A stretch of 63,799 nt of DNA, filler included, from Folioceros fuciformis (taxonomy: Eukaryota), in NCBI GenBank assembly GCA_049999805.1. It is 11 parts of 11 records of this genome, joined end to end, with 100 filler letters (N's around TTAATTAATTAA, not from the genome) between each part and the next. Parts side by side here need not be neighbours in the genome. Positions count along the whole stretch, not along the records: positions 37,945 to 44,503 come from JBNGIO010001237.1; positions 44,604 to 47,879 come from JBNGIO010001240.1; positions 47,980 to 52,510 come from JBNGIO010001241.1; positions 52,611 to 58,457 come from JBNGIO010001242.1; 7 more parts are not named here. One strand, written 5' to 3'. The notes under the pieces are model-generated. The model was not told the DNA's origin. It made no database searches and saw only the letters and a list, made by a program, of their open reading frames with translations. The position numbers were made by a program, and so were the translations under genes. Shown piece by piece: positions 42,703 to 54,599 of the stretch; the first letter of the stretch is position 1; each line of letters opens with the position of its first letter.

Positions 42703-43095
42703 CTAGCACCATAGCCGCGAGGGTGGGGCGCGGGCGCACCCTGGCCATAGCCTAGCCGCAAGGGTAGACCGGGGGTGCGAGCTTAGCCTTGGCCATAGCC
42801 CGGCCGCAAGGGCAGACCGGGGGTGCGAGCGCAGCCTTGACTGTAGCTTGGCCACAAGGATAGAGTGGGAGCACGGGGTGCCAACTCGGCCGCGAGGGCA
42901 TAGTGGGAGCACGGTGCGCCAATCCGGCCGCGAGAGCAGAGTGGGAGCATGAGGTGCCAACCCAGCCGCGAGGGTAGAGTGGGAGCACGGGGCACCAATT
43001 TGGCCGCGAGAGCAGAGTGGGAGCACGAGGTGCCAACCCGGCCGCAAGGGTAGAGTGAGAGCATGGGGCCCCAAGCTAGCCGTGAGGGTAGAGGA
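42703..43095. repeat. GC-rich about 39-bp tandem repeat
   Basis: Units like agagtgggagcacggggtgccaacccggccgcgagggt, with a gradual change of unit along the array. Confidence 0.88.
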
Positions 43096-43494
43096 GCCTA
43101 CCCGGTGTGGAGCCTACTTGGCATGAAGACTACCTAGTGGGGAGCCTACGCAATAGGAAGACTATCGGCGGGTACTGGCAATACGCATACCTGGCAAGTA
43201 GTTTAACCGACGGACAACTTAGCCGGTAAGTAGCTTACCCAGGTGGTATACAAATTGGTTATTAAATTAAATTAAAAAAGTCTAGAGGGCATTGCTTATG
43301 AAGATTAGTACTCTACGACACACATAGGCTAGTTAAGTTGTGTGAATGTCTAGTGTTGACAATGGCGAAAGCAATCATGAGTACAGATTGGAGTTGGAAT
43401 ACTTCTCACCAGTGATGGCCCACAGTTCAAGTATTCAAGAGGCATGTGGCGATGATGAGAAGAAAAAAAAGGTTGAACAACCACGAAGGCAACC

Positions 43495-44310
43495 ATGGAG
43501 AGTTTGGAGCAAGGAGGCAAGCATGAGGTGTTCACGGGAAGACTTAGGAGCTTGACGTTTGAGGACAAGATTAAGGCCATATTGAGAGAATTGAAATTAA
43601 AAAACCCAACAAGGTACATTTTGCATTTTGGGTTTACTCAAATGACTAGGTATCTTCGAGGCAAAGCGTTGGATGCTTACAGGAAGCACAAGACGGAGCT
43701 CACACGTTTCACTATGATGACTGCGAGTGAAATGTCAACAATAGTGAAGTAGTACAATCATGAGGATCTAGTCAAGGAGAGGATGGATATCTTAAGAGGA
43801 GAGTTTTCAAGGACGTCGTTAGAAAAGGTATATGAGATAACACATTTTGTGCAAAAGCAAGGAGAGACTTTCAAGATGATGTACAGGAGGCTAGAAAGGT
43901 TGGTGGAACACATCGAAATCCTCTATGGGAAGCATTGCTTCCCACTCACACTTCAACAACTTGCCAAGTTGTTGAAGTGTACTTGAACAACATTCCAGTG
44001 CAACTGCGGAACAAAGTGACTACACAACTGTGGGGAACATTTGGGCAGTGGTACACATTGAAGGATGCCTACGCAATTACTGAGAAGATGGATCCAATGG
44101 AAGCATACAGTAGAGCTTTTGTGGAGCAAATGTAAAGGCCAAGCAGCAACCAACCAAGACTTAGAGAGGGAGCAAGGCAGCAATTCAAATCTGGGGTGAC
44201 AAAAGTTTATGGTAGGCTAAGGCAAGCTAATAGGGCCATGAAGAGAATGAAGGATAGGTGTTACAGGTGTGAGAGCCCAAAACACAAAGTGAAGGAATGT
44301 TCTTACTCAG
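43495..44310 (+). pseudogene. Degenerate retrotransposon gag with CCHC zinc knuckle
   Basis: Fragments YLRGKALDAY, QKQGETFKMMYRRLERL (gag MHR-like) and VYLNNIPVQLRNKV. At about 44258-44300, CYRCESPKHKVKEC fits Cx2Cx4Hx4C. It is interrupted by stops and frameshifts. Confidence 0.75.
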
Positions 44311-46319
44311 TTGGAGGGGATAGAGCTCATGTGAAGTGCAACAGGTGATATTAAGTACGCCATACAAAATTTGTGTGTTGGCAACTACATCTAGAGTTAA
44401 AGCTAGCAATAGGCTAGCCTAGCAACAATGCTAGTGTTGCCTGTGTATGCAGCAACTGTTAGATGAATAATAGATTGTACCCCGTCCTAGGGTTAGATAT
44501 TTANNNNNNNNNNNNNNNNNNNNNNNNNNNNNNNNNNNNNNNNNNNNTTAATTAATTAANNNNNNNNNNNNNNNNNNNNNNNNNNNNNNNNNNNNNNNNN
44601 NNNGTTTAGAAAAAGGAAGAAAATCATGTAGAAAAATGAAAACCAATTTTCTATTTATTTTCTTGGCTCCTTTCCTATCTACTAGCCTATGGGATTTGAT
44701 TGGGTGTAAGTAACCTGGTCCTCAAGACGGATAAAGGGGGAGGGGGAGCCTTAAAGGTTTTTCTCTCTACTAACATTTATCCTATTGACCATCTTACATT
44801 CTCTTATCTCCTAGCCACTAATCTTAGCAAACATGACAAGGAATCGTCGCTCTTAGCCCTAAGCACGTCGCATTGGAGAGGATAGGGAGCAATCTCATGG
44901 GCGTGCCAACCAATGGAGAGTCACTCGAGGTTTTGGCTTCACTCCAACACCTCGCCATTACCAGATGTTCGGCGAGAATCGGGTGGATGCCCTCATACAT
45001 ACCTTGCAAGATCAAGGGTGGTCTCTGCCATTAGGATTCCATCTTCATCAGTTTGAGACAGCAGCAGATCACTTAGAAGTGCGCTTGAACCATCAACATT
45101 GGAGAGCACAAGAACGATTGAGAAGATCTGATTCTCTGTCTCAATCTCAGCCCAATTCTAGCCAAAATTCATCACAGAGAGGTGCTTCTCCAGGGGGCCT
45201 TGATTGACTCAGGCCCCACAGGCATCTGGATTCCTCAACTGACTGTGAATCGCCGAGGAGTTTTGTGCATTGGGTGGAGAGCGATGATGAATTGATCGTC
45301 ACCGAATCTCAACAATTTCGGCATTCGTCATGACAGGGGAGGCACAAGATCTTATTAGGCCCCCGGGGCACCCCATCTGCTGGAGTCGCCATCGACCAAG
45401 GAGGCGCGCCTACAGCGATCTCACTGCCGACCGCCATCCTTGCCGACCTCGAAGGTTCAGCACTCCCTACGAGAGGCGCGCCAAGCAGCCTTGGCAATTC
45501 ACTTGCGTAGGCGGTTGCGCCCGACGGCAAATCGTTATCCAACTTAAGTTGGATAATGGGCGCCCTTGAACGGGTGCCACCCGTTCGATGTAACAGTGCA
45601 CCCGTTTGACAAAATGGCGTGCCCGTTCCGCGAATAGGTGTCACCTTCGTTACGTCAAACGGGGCCTCTAATTCTTTTTCTTTCGCTCTTGTTAATTGTT
45701 TTGGGCTCTTTTCGAGCAGAAATTAGTGGAGATTTTGGTGGCAATCCTTCTCAACTCCGACGGCTCTTGGCTATGCAAAGTGTGCCTCCTACACACGATT
45801 TCAACACTAGGACATCGTCAATACCTGCCATCGTAGCTGTTAAGGAGGAACCAAGATCGTCCTCTCTGGCTTTCGAGACTTTGGAAGCTGCCTACAAGGA
45901 GTTCAAGTACAACGAGGCCGAAGCCCAAGCTTCTGCTCCAAAGCAATGCACTCTCCATTATCAAAATCTCTGGGAGTCGATCACACACATCAACACTAAT
46001 CTTGTGAATGTTGCTGAAATTGTTTGGCAAATTGATTCAAGCTTTGATAGGGCGATTGCTCTAAAAAACAATCTTGGAGCACAGGATATGGCTGATGCAT
46101 TGTCACTAACCCTAAATAGTAGTAATGTAACCAAAACTAAAGTAGTATTTCTAACATGGTTTTGTCTTTCACATTGAAGGAGACCAACTTCGACAATGTT
46201 AGTATGATGGTAGATCTAGCAAGCTCATCTAGATCTTGCCACTCATCTTGAGTCATGCTGTGGAGTCCACATGATGAACAGATCCCCTAGAAAATAGCAG
46301 AGTTTGTTTTTTTTGGGTT

Positions 46320-47879
46320 TCTAATTGAATTTCGTAGGGGAGTGGTTAGGAGATTAGATTAGATTAGCGGTTAGGTTAACGATGAGTCGATAGGGTCTAG
46401 GTAGGGTGTGTGGTAGGTAGGACACAGGCCCGATTCCTCAGGATAGGATGACTAGACGAATAGGGAACTCTAGAACTGGTCGTGGGGCGGTGAGTTGGGG
46501 TTTCCTGGGAGAGTTCTTGTGGAAGCTGGGAACGGAGATGGAGATAAAGGTGCCTAGGGCCGAGGCCCTGAAAGGAGGCGGCTACGCAGGACGGGGCTAA
46601 GACTGTGGGTGCTCTAGATCCGGAAGGGGGCCAGCTGGCCAGTAGGAACCAAACGGCCGGATCGGAGTCCTGTGATCGGCTGGTAGTAGGCGCAGGGGGA
46701 GCAGCTTGGTGGCAGCAGTCGGGCGACGCAGGGTTCAGGAAGTCATGGCCAGCTGGCCTGGATCGCGTCCATCAGGACGGCTGGCTAGGGGCTTCAGTCA
46801 ACCTGGCCAGATAAGTGACTAGCGGCAGTTGGTGGCTAGCAGATCCAACCCGCCAGGAGGCCAAGTTCGGAGCCAGTAAGCTGGATTCAGGCCGAGGCCC
46901 GGGGAAGTCAGAGGGCTAGCGAGGGTGATTCATGGCGAGCCTCGGATTAGCAAACCGGCTAGGAGCCGGCCAAGGCTGCCAGATCCAGGAGGCGGCCCTA
47001 TCCAGCCAGGCAGTAGGTGCAAGATCAGCGGCTGCTGTGGAAAAGCCGCCGGGCTGTAGGGGCTGAGTAGCAGCGGTCCTATGATCGGCTGGCCGGACCT
47101 GGGCTAAGCACGGGGCTAGCTGGCTGGATGCAGGGTGGCGCGAGTTCAGCCAGCCATGCATGCAGAGCTAGCCAGTTGGGTACGGTTGTAGACGGGCAAC
47201 CGGGCCAGCAGCGGCTGGCCAAGGTGGATCCAGCAAGCCAGTCGGCGGGCTGGATGTATCGGGTGGTCCTGCTAGATCAGTGCTGGCGGGGACGCAGCGT
47301 CCGAATTTGGGGGTGGCGCCAGATCCAAGGGAGGCGGCTGGTCGGGCTAGTCGGACTGGTCGGGGTGGACCTGGGTGTGCGGGTCGCCACGGCAGGGAAC
47401 CACCAACTAGCCGGCCTAGCATCCAGCAGCAGGCTGCCGCCTGTCGACTAATGGCCGGGGGAGATCCATGCCGACTGGCTGGGCTGTGGCCAATCGGCAG
47501 AAAAGGCAAGCCGAGTAGGTGGGCGGCCTGAGCGACTCGAGATCGGAGCTGGATCCGCAGCAGTAACAGGCCGGGGTATTGTCAGGCTGGTAGACGGATC
47601 TGGTCAGGGGAGGGTCTGCTGGCTAGTAGTAGCTGGCTGGCTGGTCATGGGTGCTAGGCAGCCAGGAGCATAGAGGGTAGCCAGCCTGCAGGCCAGCTGG
47701 TCGGGCTAGCCGGGCTGGCTGGTGGAACGGCGGCAGACAGACCCGATCAGACTTAGGGTTAGGTTTAGGTCAGAACTAGGTTTAGGTCAGAGTGAGGTGC
47801 GGCTTGGGTCAGAGAGAGATTGTTAGGTGGTGATTGGGGTAGACAGAGATGGAGGGTTGGGCCAGGGTAGTATAAGAGG
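46320..47879. mobile_element. GC-rich repetitive element related to 37945-38570
   Basis: Shares the blocks ggtttaggtcagaact, ggtcagagag, gtagacagagatg and ataagagg with 38470-38570. The interior is rich in ggctgg and gctag. Confidence 0.5.
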
Positions 47880-47979
47880 NNNNNNNNNNNNNNNNNNNNN
47901 NNNNNNNNNNNNNNNNNNNNNNNTTAATTAATTAANNNNNNNNNNNNNNNNNNNNNNNNNNNNNNNNNNNNNNNNNNNN

Positions 47980-48231
47980 TAGTTGGTTTTGAAAGTTCCT
48001 CATCGCCCTTTCGTCTAGTTGGTTTTGAAAGTTCCTCATCGCCCTTTCGTCTAGTTGGTTTTGAAAGTTCCTCATCGCCCTTTCGTCTAGTTGGTTTTGA
48101 AAGTTCCTCATCGCCCTTTCGTCTAGTTGGTTTTGAAAGTTCCTCATCGCCCTTTCGTCTAGTTGGTTTTGAAAGTTCCTCATCGCCCTTTCGTCTAGTT
48201 GGTTTTGAAAGTTCCTCATCGCCCTTTCGTC
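47980..48231. repeat. Perfect 7 x 36-bp tandem repeat (no spacers)
   Basis: tagttggttttgaaagttcctcatcgccctttcgtc repeated seven times identically up to the contig edge. On the minus strand it reads (DERAMRNFQNQL)n. Confidence 0.97.
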
Positions 48232-48498
48232 TGACAAATTTGGATAACAACTTAACAGCTCTTGCACATGTGGTGTTGCCACAACTTGAACCTACACATC
48301 TAGGTCACAATAGACATATTTTCTTATCTTCACACCACTTCGCAACATTGCTTCCAACCCTGAGCATATGCTACCCAACAACTCCACTAGTGTGATCCCT
48401 TCATTGGTAACATTCCACTCAATGATCCTTTGGTGCACTAGATGGTTGCTAGCAATCACACTCTGGTCTTGGCTGTATGATTCCGGTTGGTACTCCAC
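48196..48498 (-). pseudogene. Decayed C5-cytosine DNA methyltransferase N-terminal fragment (motifs I-II), retrotransposon-borne type
   Basis: One frame reads NEGITLVELLGSICSGLEAMLRSGVKIRKYVYCDLDV*VQVVATPHVQELLSCYPNL. ELLGSICSG is two point changes from an ELFGGICSG-type SAM-binding motif I, and YVYCD supplies the motif II acid. There is an in-frame stop at 48292-48294. Confidence 0.6.
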
Positions 48499-49676
48499 AT
48501 GCTCAACATGTCACCGGGCTTCAGAACGTTATTAGCTCCACAATTTGCATTTCTGGCCAGCACATGGACATTAGGCGAAGAACAATAAACTGCATTCCCA
48601 CCGTTGTAAGAGGATGAGGCCGACCTTTGCAGAGGTTGGCGACAAGATCAAGAGGATTCTCGTTTGAAGTAGCACCGCCACTAGAATCCATCGTGCTGCT
48701 TGTTGGCAACGAAGACTCACACTGCCACCTTAATTAACTCAGGAAACCTACTTAAAGCCACCGGTATGTTTTAACCCTAGGTACTAAACTCGTTTAGAAT
48801 ATAGCGGTGCCTACCGGGTTCTGCTCAATTTTCAGACGTGCAAGACTTGAACATCACCTAGGTATACCGTGGGAACAAGGGTAACGAGTTTCTTCATTTC
48901 AATCGGTAAGGCCCTTCGTTAACTAAGGAGTTAACATTCGACAAGATGTTGCTCGTAAATTTCGGGCAATAGAGTTTGTTGGGAGCGAGACGCAGTCTGG
49001 AGGGATGGTTCTCGCCTTCACTGGCCTTCACGGCTTTTGCAGGAGGATAACCTATATCGTTTCCCGTATGGAAAAAAGAGACAATTCTAGTCAACATACA
49101 TCTTGAGATCCCAACCATTTCCGTCCACGGAACATTCTGCACCAAAGCAGGCGCATTCGGAGGTCGGGGAAAGGGGAATTTCACAACGGGTTGAGAAACC
49201 ATTTGCACATGCACTGCGGCAAAAATCCTCAGCACTCAGCCACTAAAAAAATATGTACAAACAGCACATGAACAGATTTAGAAGTGTTGCCATTGCAACT
49301 TCATAATACAGGGTCAAATCATGCCAACTTCAGTGCTGCTGGCCTTGCTATAGGCTGTTGAAACAAATAGCACTCCGACAACCATCTAAGGATTACTCCG
49401 TTCACAGTATTTCCAGCTGCAGCCACAGTACAGGACGCTGCTTGCCTACGACCACGTGCTGGAAGATGAAGCTGCGGCCGAGCACTTGGTGAGAGGGAAG
49501 CACCTCACACCTGTTAAGCTCGCTCCTTACATCCCTGAAAGGCATTCCACAGATGTACCTTATGACGTGCGGGGAAAAAAACAGGAGTGACGGCAACTTT
49601 TGCAAGTTGAATGTACTTGACCCACAAGTGCCATTTGTCTTGAGGTAGTATAGAACGACAAGAAATGAAGCTCTTC

Positions 49677-50530
49677 TTACTCCGCCTCCGCCTCGCTGGA
49701 GTCCTTGCTCTCAAATCTGATGTCCAGAGTCCTCATCTCACCAAAAACATTTTCATCGTCATACCGGAATCCTTCAAACTCTTGCATCTCCTTGCTGTAC
49801 TCCTGGTACTCAGGTTTCACACGCCTAACTGGAATTGTGACTGAATACACCGTTCCAAGATCTGGATCTGTGGAGACGTTCAGCTGCACTTTGTCCTCTG
49901 ACTCGATCTCAACAAAGTCTGCAAGAGCCCCAACGATGTTGGTAACAATTCTTCTCTTCGCCGCATCATTCACGGAGCAGCGATCGGAGATGAGAATCAT
50001 TTTCAGCCTCTGCTTGGCAACCGCCGCGTTTGACGACGTCTTCCGTTTGACGGGGAAAAGTATTTGCCAAGCTCGAACCAACCTCTGCAGGAAGCCCAAG
50101 TCCTCTTCCTCTGGAAAATATTCCACCTCTGGCGGCTGCGCGAATGCTATTCCGGCAACCTTCCTGTCCTCCACCAGAGCTCGACATTGGTGGCTACTTC
50201 GAAGTCCTAAAGCTCCACCGTGACTTCTCAGACCGTCGCACTTAAAAGACGCGCCAGACGCCAAATCCTGCACGTGAGCGACCCGTCCTACGCTCATCTG
50301 CACACACGATCATGCCTCACTGTCGACAGAAAGAACCAAGCCTTAAGACAGCAATTTGGGAGAAAAACTACACCAGAACTTCCACAGCTGTTCAAGGAAG
50401 AGCGCAACAGAGGCCATCAGCCAATGCAGGAAAATGGAGGAAATCGGACCTTGCTGCAGGAGCCGACATCAGCGGAAAAGGGAGCTCCCAAGAATGTTCC
50501 CGTCGCATGACGGCACGCCAGGCTGGTCAT
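49677..50530 (-). CDS. MINE1: Plastid division topological specificity factor MinE; 2 exons
   Basis: Exon 1 50530-50450 (MTSLACRHATGTFLGAPFSADVGSCSK, transit-like), a GT-AG intron, then exon 2 50297-49677. It contains FLQRLVRAWQILFP, NAAVAKQRLKMILISDRC and EDKVQLNVSTDPDLGTVYSVTIPVRRVKPEYQE, the plant MinE signature. Confidence 0.93.
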
Positions 50531-53500
50531 AGCTCCTGGCAGTCGGTCGGACAGCACACGAACTGCTAGACGAAGCTGCAGGAAGGATGTGCGACTCGAC
50601 CAACGACAGCCGGAATAGGCAACCTCATACACCACAACCGGAACCCTAACTTGAGAAAAAGCTGAACGGTCGAGTCGACTCTTCGGTTGGAAACCACTCT
50701 CAATCCCTCAATCTTGACCCGGCCTCATGGAACCAAGAGGCCCTGCTTCGAGTTTGAAAAAAAAAAATCTCTGGACCACCGTGACCACTGACCAGAAAGT
50801 TTCAGAGGAGCGTATCCGTTACGTGTTCTGTCAGAGGCTTGTTCGTCCTTGGGCTTGTTCGTCCTTGATCAATTGTGCCTCCGTCCCTAAAATCTCCGTG
50901 TATAGCGGGCACGGGGGGGAGCCGTAGTGCGACGTTCGCCAGAATCGCCAACGGCGTCAGATTGTTTCATATGTGCAAATACATTTTCCCCCTTAACTTT
51001 ATGGCTTGGTTAAGAAACAAGTTGTGTGGCCGGGGCAGCACTATGGAATACCGAAAGGAAAGGGACATTGGTTGGACACATATGTTTTTTTTTTCAATTA
51101 CATACTTCATATATAAATATACCTCAGAATTTAATATAGATGCTCGTATTGTATATAGCTACATCACGGGCCCACCTCAATATGGTATACCATATTATGT
51201 TTTCCTCTATGTATAAGGTTATTGACTGATGGGGACACAAGGTTTTTTTAGTGGAGGAGGAGGAGTAATCGATCATGGAGTGTAGTATAGTGTAGCATGA
51301 TGTGTTCTTGTTGCTAAGGATCGCGCAAGAGCCAAGCAAACACTATTGGACTTGTAAGTCAACAAAAGATCAATTAAAGTGGACATATATATCATATTCA
51401 TTGATATGAAATACAGTGAGTTTTAGACAGACTATATTGATATACGGTCAAAGTGGAATAACAAAAACAAAGAAACATCTAAGAAATTATTCTAAAAAAA
51501 CTGAAAAATAAAATAAAAGAGCTAAGATCAAGGGAGAGAACTCACAATGCACCCAAAGAGGACTAAATAAATAATGCTTGTTTCGAATCTCTCTTTCCAA
51601 GAGATACATGGAGCGCATAACATACTATGGTAGAGTTTAAAAAAAAAAAAATCTTCGAGAGAGTGAGATGCAGAAATAGAGATAGATTAAGGCATAGTGC
51701 AAGTGAGTAGTTATAGTGTGTCAAGAGTGAGGTAGAGAGTCATTCATCAACCCATTCAAGCTTTAGTTGTGTTAATGTGCCTACTATTAGATCAAGCGAC
51801 ATGTCCAGGGATTTCAATAAAAGACTAAGCTACTGCAACTACCCTATTATTTAGAATTGAGCAACATACTTGTTCGAAGGAAGTTTATGTAATACTATAT
51901 ATGACTATATGAAATTGTTGTGTGTGTGTGTGTGACCACGTAGGAACCACCGAAGGATAATACGACTTCAAAAACTTGGAAAATGCCTTGCACATGGCAT
52001 GTGGTTCTCAACGACGAGTGGGTATTTAAATTCTTTTCATACCTTGGAAGTGTAAATATACTAGCCTTAAGTGTCCCGACCTACTTAAGAGAGTAGAGAT
52101 TAAGCTAAAATTTTTGCATTTAATAGGGATGGGAATGCCGTGAAAACGATCAAGATAATTACGTTACTTCATTGGAACGGAAGTATGTATCCAAAGATGA
52201 TATTTACCTTCCTTGCTGTGCTCTCCAGCCAAAGCCGGACCACGAAGCGCGTGGGCGGAGTGCGGGTTGACGAATCGTTGTCACGGCTCAGTTTGGAGTT
52301 TCAGATTTTGTTTTTTTAAAATTAAATGTATATGATTTAATATCATGAAATATTATATATTTATAGGTAATGGGGATTTTTATTTTTGCCACTGGAAGAG
52401 TTTCAGAGTTTGAAACTGTGAAGAATCTGAATTCCGCCTCGAGCGGAATTGGGAACATTACTCGTACAATCGAGTACGTATACATACATACATACATACG
52501 TACTTAGATCNNNNNNNNNNNNNNNNNNNNNNNNNNNNNNNNNNNNNNNNNNNNTTAATTAATTAANNNNNNNNNNNNNNNNNNNNNNNNNNNNNNNNNN
52601 NNNNNNNNNNAGGCTCTACCTGTCCGCAGGCATGGAGTGTGCTGTGCTGCGAAACTTTTAATTGGGCTGGGAAGGAGGGGTTGAAGGTTGCACCTGCAAT
52701 TCCTTCTCGAGCTTGGATTCACACAGCATCAGAGAGGGGGTGTGCTGGCAGCCGATTACTGTACCTACGTAAGGCCTCCTTTGGTTCACATACATACGGT
52801 GCCCACTATTGGCGCTGCCCGTACTTCTCAACCTGCTTCTATTTCCTGGTGTCTTTCACTCTGCCTTTCACTCTGCCTCTTCAACCAATCTCCTTCAACA
52901 TCTCCGCGCGAGGCATAGTAACGTATGTGGTCAGAGTGCTCAACTTGTTCAGGCCTGAGGAGGTGAAATGCAACCATGACATCGGGCCTGTAGCCTCTCA
53001 GAAAATCTAGAACAACCATGCCACAATGACAGGGAGAAGAGAAGGTCGTCCAGGCGAAAGAAAAATAAAACTATGAACACCGAACCCGCCAGGCGCACCT
53101 TCTTTGGCAGCATCATCCGACCCCATGAAGACTCCCCAGGCCACACCTCCCTGCATGCCACACAATGTGCGGGGATGTAAACCACAATTCGCCGAACCAT
53201 ATTCCAACTCCACAACCGCTGCTACAACCCGAACGTCACTCAGCTCATGCCAAGGCCACCTCCTCTGCCGGCCCCTCAAGCTCAAGAGCACAATTGCAAA
53301 CTGCGCCACGTTGCAATCGATAAAATTCCCTTCTCTACACCAGCGTGACAAGACTCAATCAAGAAGCACCGCATTGCAGACAGCGAAGAACAAGCGTAAT
53401 CAAAGCCGTGACAGCTGGACATCGGCACCAAACCAGTCGTGAAATCAACAAACACGAATCCATCCACAGCACGCGAGGTGCAAGGCACATCCCAGGCATC

Positions 53501-54599
53501 CAGTGTGTGCGGCCGCTCCATTCCCTTTGCCCAATTTCCCGCACGCCCGGATAGCAAGTGGTATTGCCGGAACCTATCCGTTGCTATCTCGGAGCCCAAG
53601 CCTAGGAAGCTTATCTTCAGTGCGTAGAGATATTGTGTCTTTTCATTCACCTTTACGGAAACTTAGATAGGAAAAACTGCTCGGCCGTATACTGCAGTAC
53701 ATACAGTACTTGCCATTGACCACCATGGGCGTGTCCTGTCCTGTACTGTGCTGTCACAGCTTGCCACACATGTGCTGGGCAAGGTGACAAGTCTCCTCCT
53801 GCAACGTGCGCCCCTCGTGTCGGAGAGGACGAGTGTCCATGAAGCAAGAAAAATGGATGGTGGCTCTGTCAGGTACATCGCCATGCCCAATTGTCCAGCT
53901 ACTGTACAATTCTCAACGGAGGATAGCTGCTTGTTTAGGTTTGGGCCTCGGTCTCCCCACTGGTGCGCAGGGTGGCTATGGACGTCAGGCACTCCTACTG
54001 TATTTGCATTTCCTTCCCTTCGCATCGAAGCTTTCCTTAATAACTGGACTCGAATTGACCGGATGCCCAGGCCATTGGTTCATTGGACGTGGCGGTGTGG
54101 ATGTGGTGGGTACACAGGCCCACAGGGCAAGTGCGACAAGACGTGGACGGGTTGACTGACAAGGCTTCTCGCTGAGAAAGGTGCGCCAGACGCTCCGCCT
54201 CTCAAGCGCGTGGTGCAGCCCTGCCTACAAAGCTGCCCAGGCTTCGTAATCCGTGGGCGGGTCGCTAGTGTTGGGCTGCCGGGCAAGGGTTCGGTGCGTG
54301 TGGAGATTGAGAGAGCCTGAGGGCCCGGCTGGTGCGTGCGCAGGCACAGTGTGATGCCTGCAGCTACAGCTCGTTTGCCGATGTCGACTGGAGTGCAGTA
54401 GGGGTGTTGGCAGGGTTTGTGCGATTGGCTTAAGAGGTGATGGCTGTTGTGGTCGGAACTTACATACATACTTGTGCCTTCACATTGAGGTTGTTGATGT
54501 GAAGTGTGTGCAAGATTGGCAAGTGGCAGCTGTGAGTGGGCGCTGACTCTGATGAGAAATGTTTGTTGGTTGGGGCTCGGGACGGCGCAGATGATGAAG

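Noticed and set aside
45638..46177. 179-aa ORF as a secreted protein gene
   Set aside because: It has a GTG start, a hydrophobic part that comes from T-rich sequence, no recognised domain and a TE-like context.
47980..48231. CRISPR array (36-bp repeats)
   Set aside because: Units are head-to-tail with no spacers, no cas genes are present, and the context is eukaryotic.
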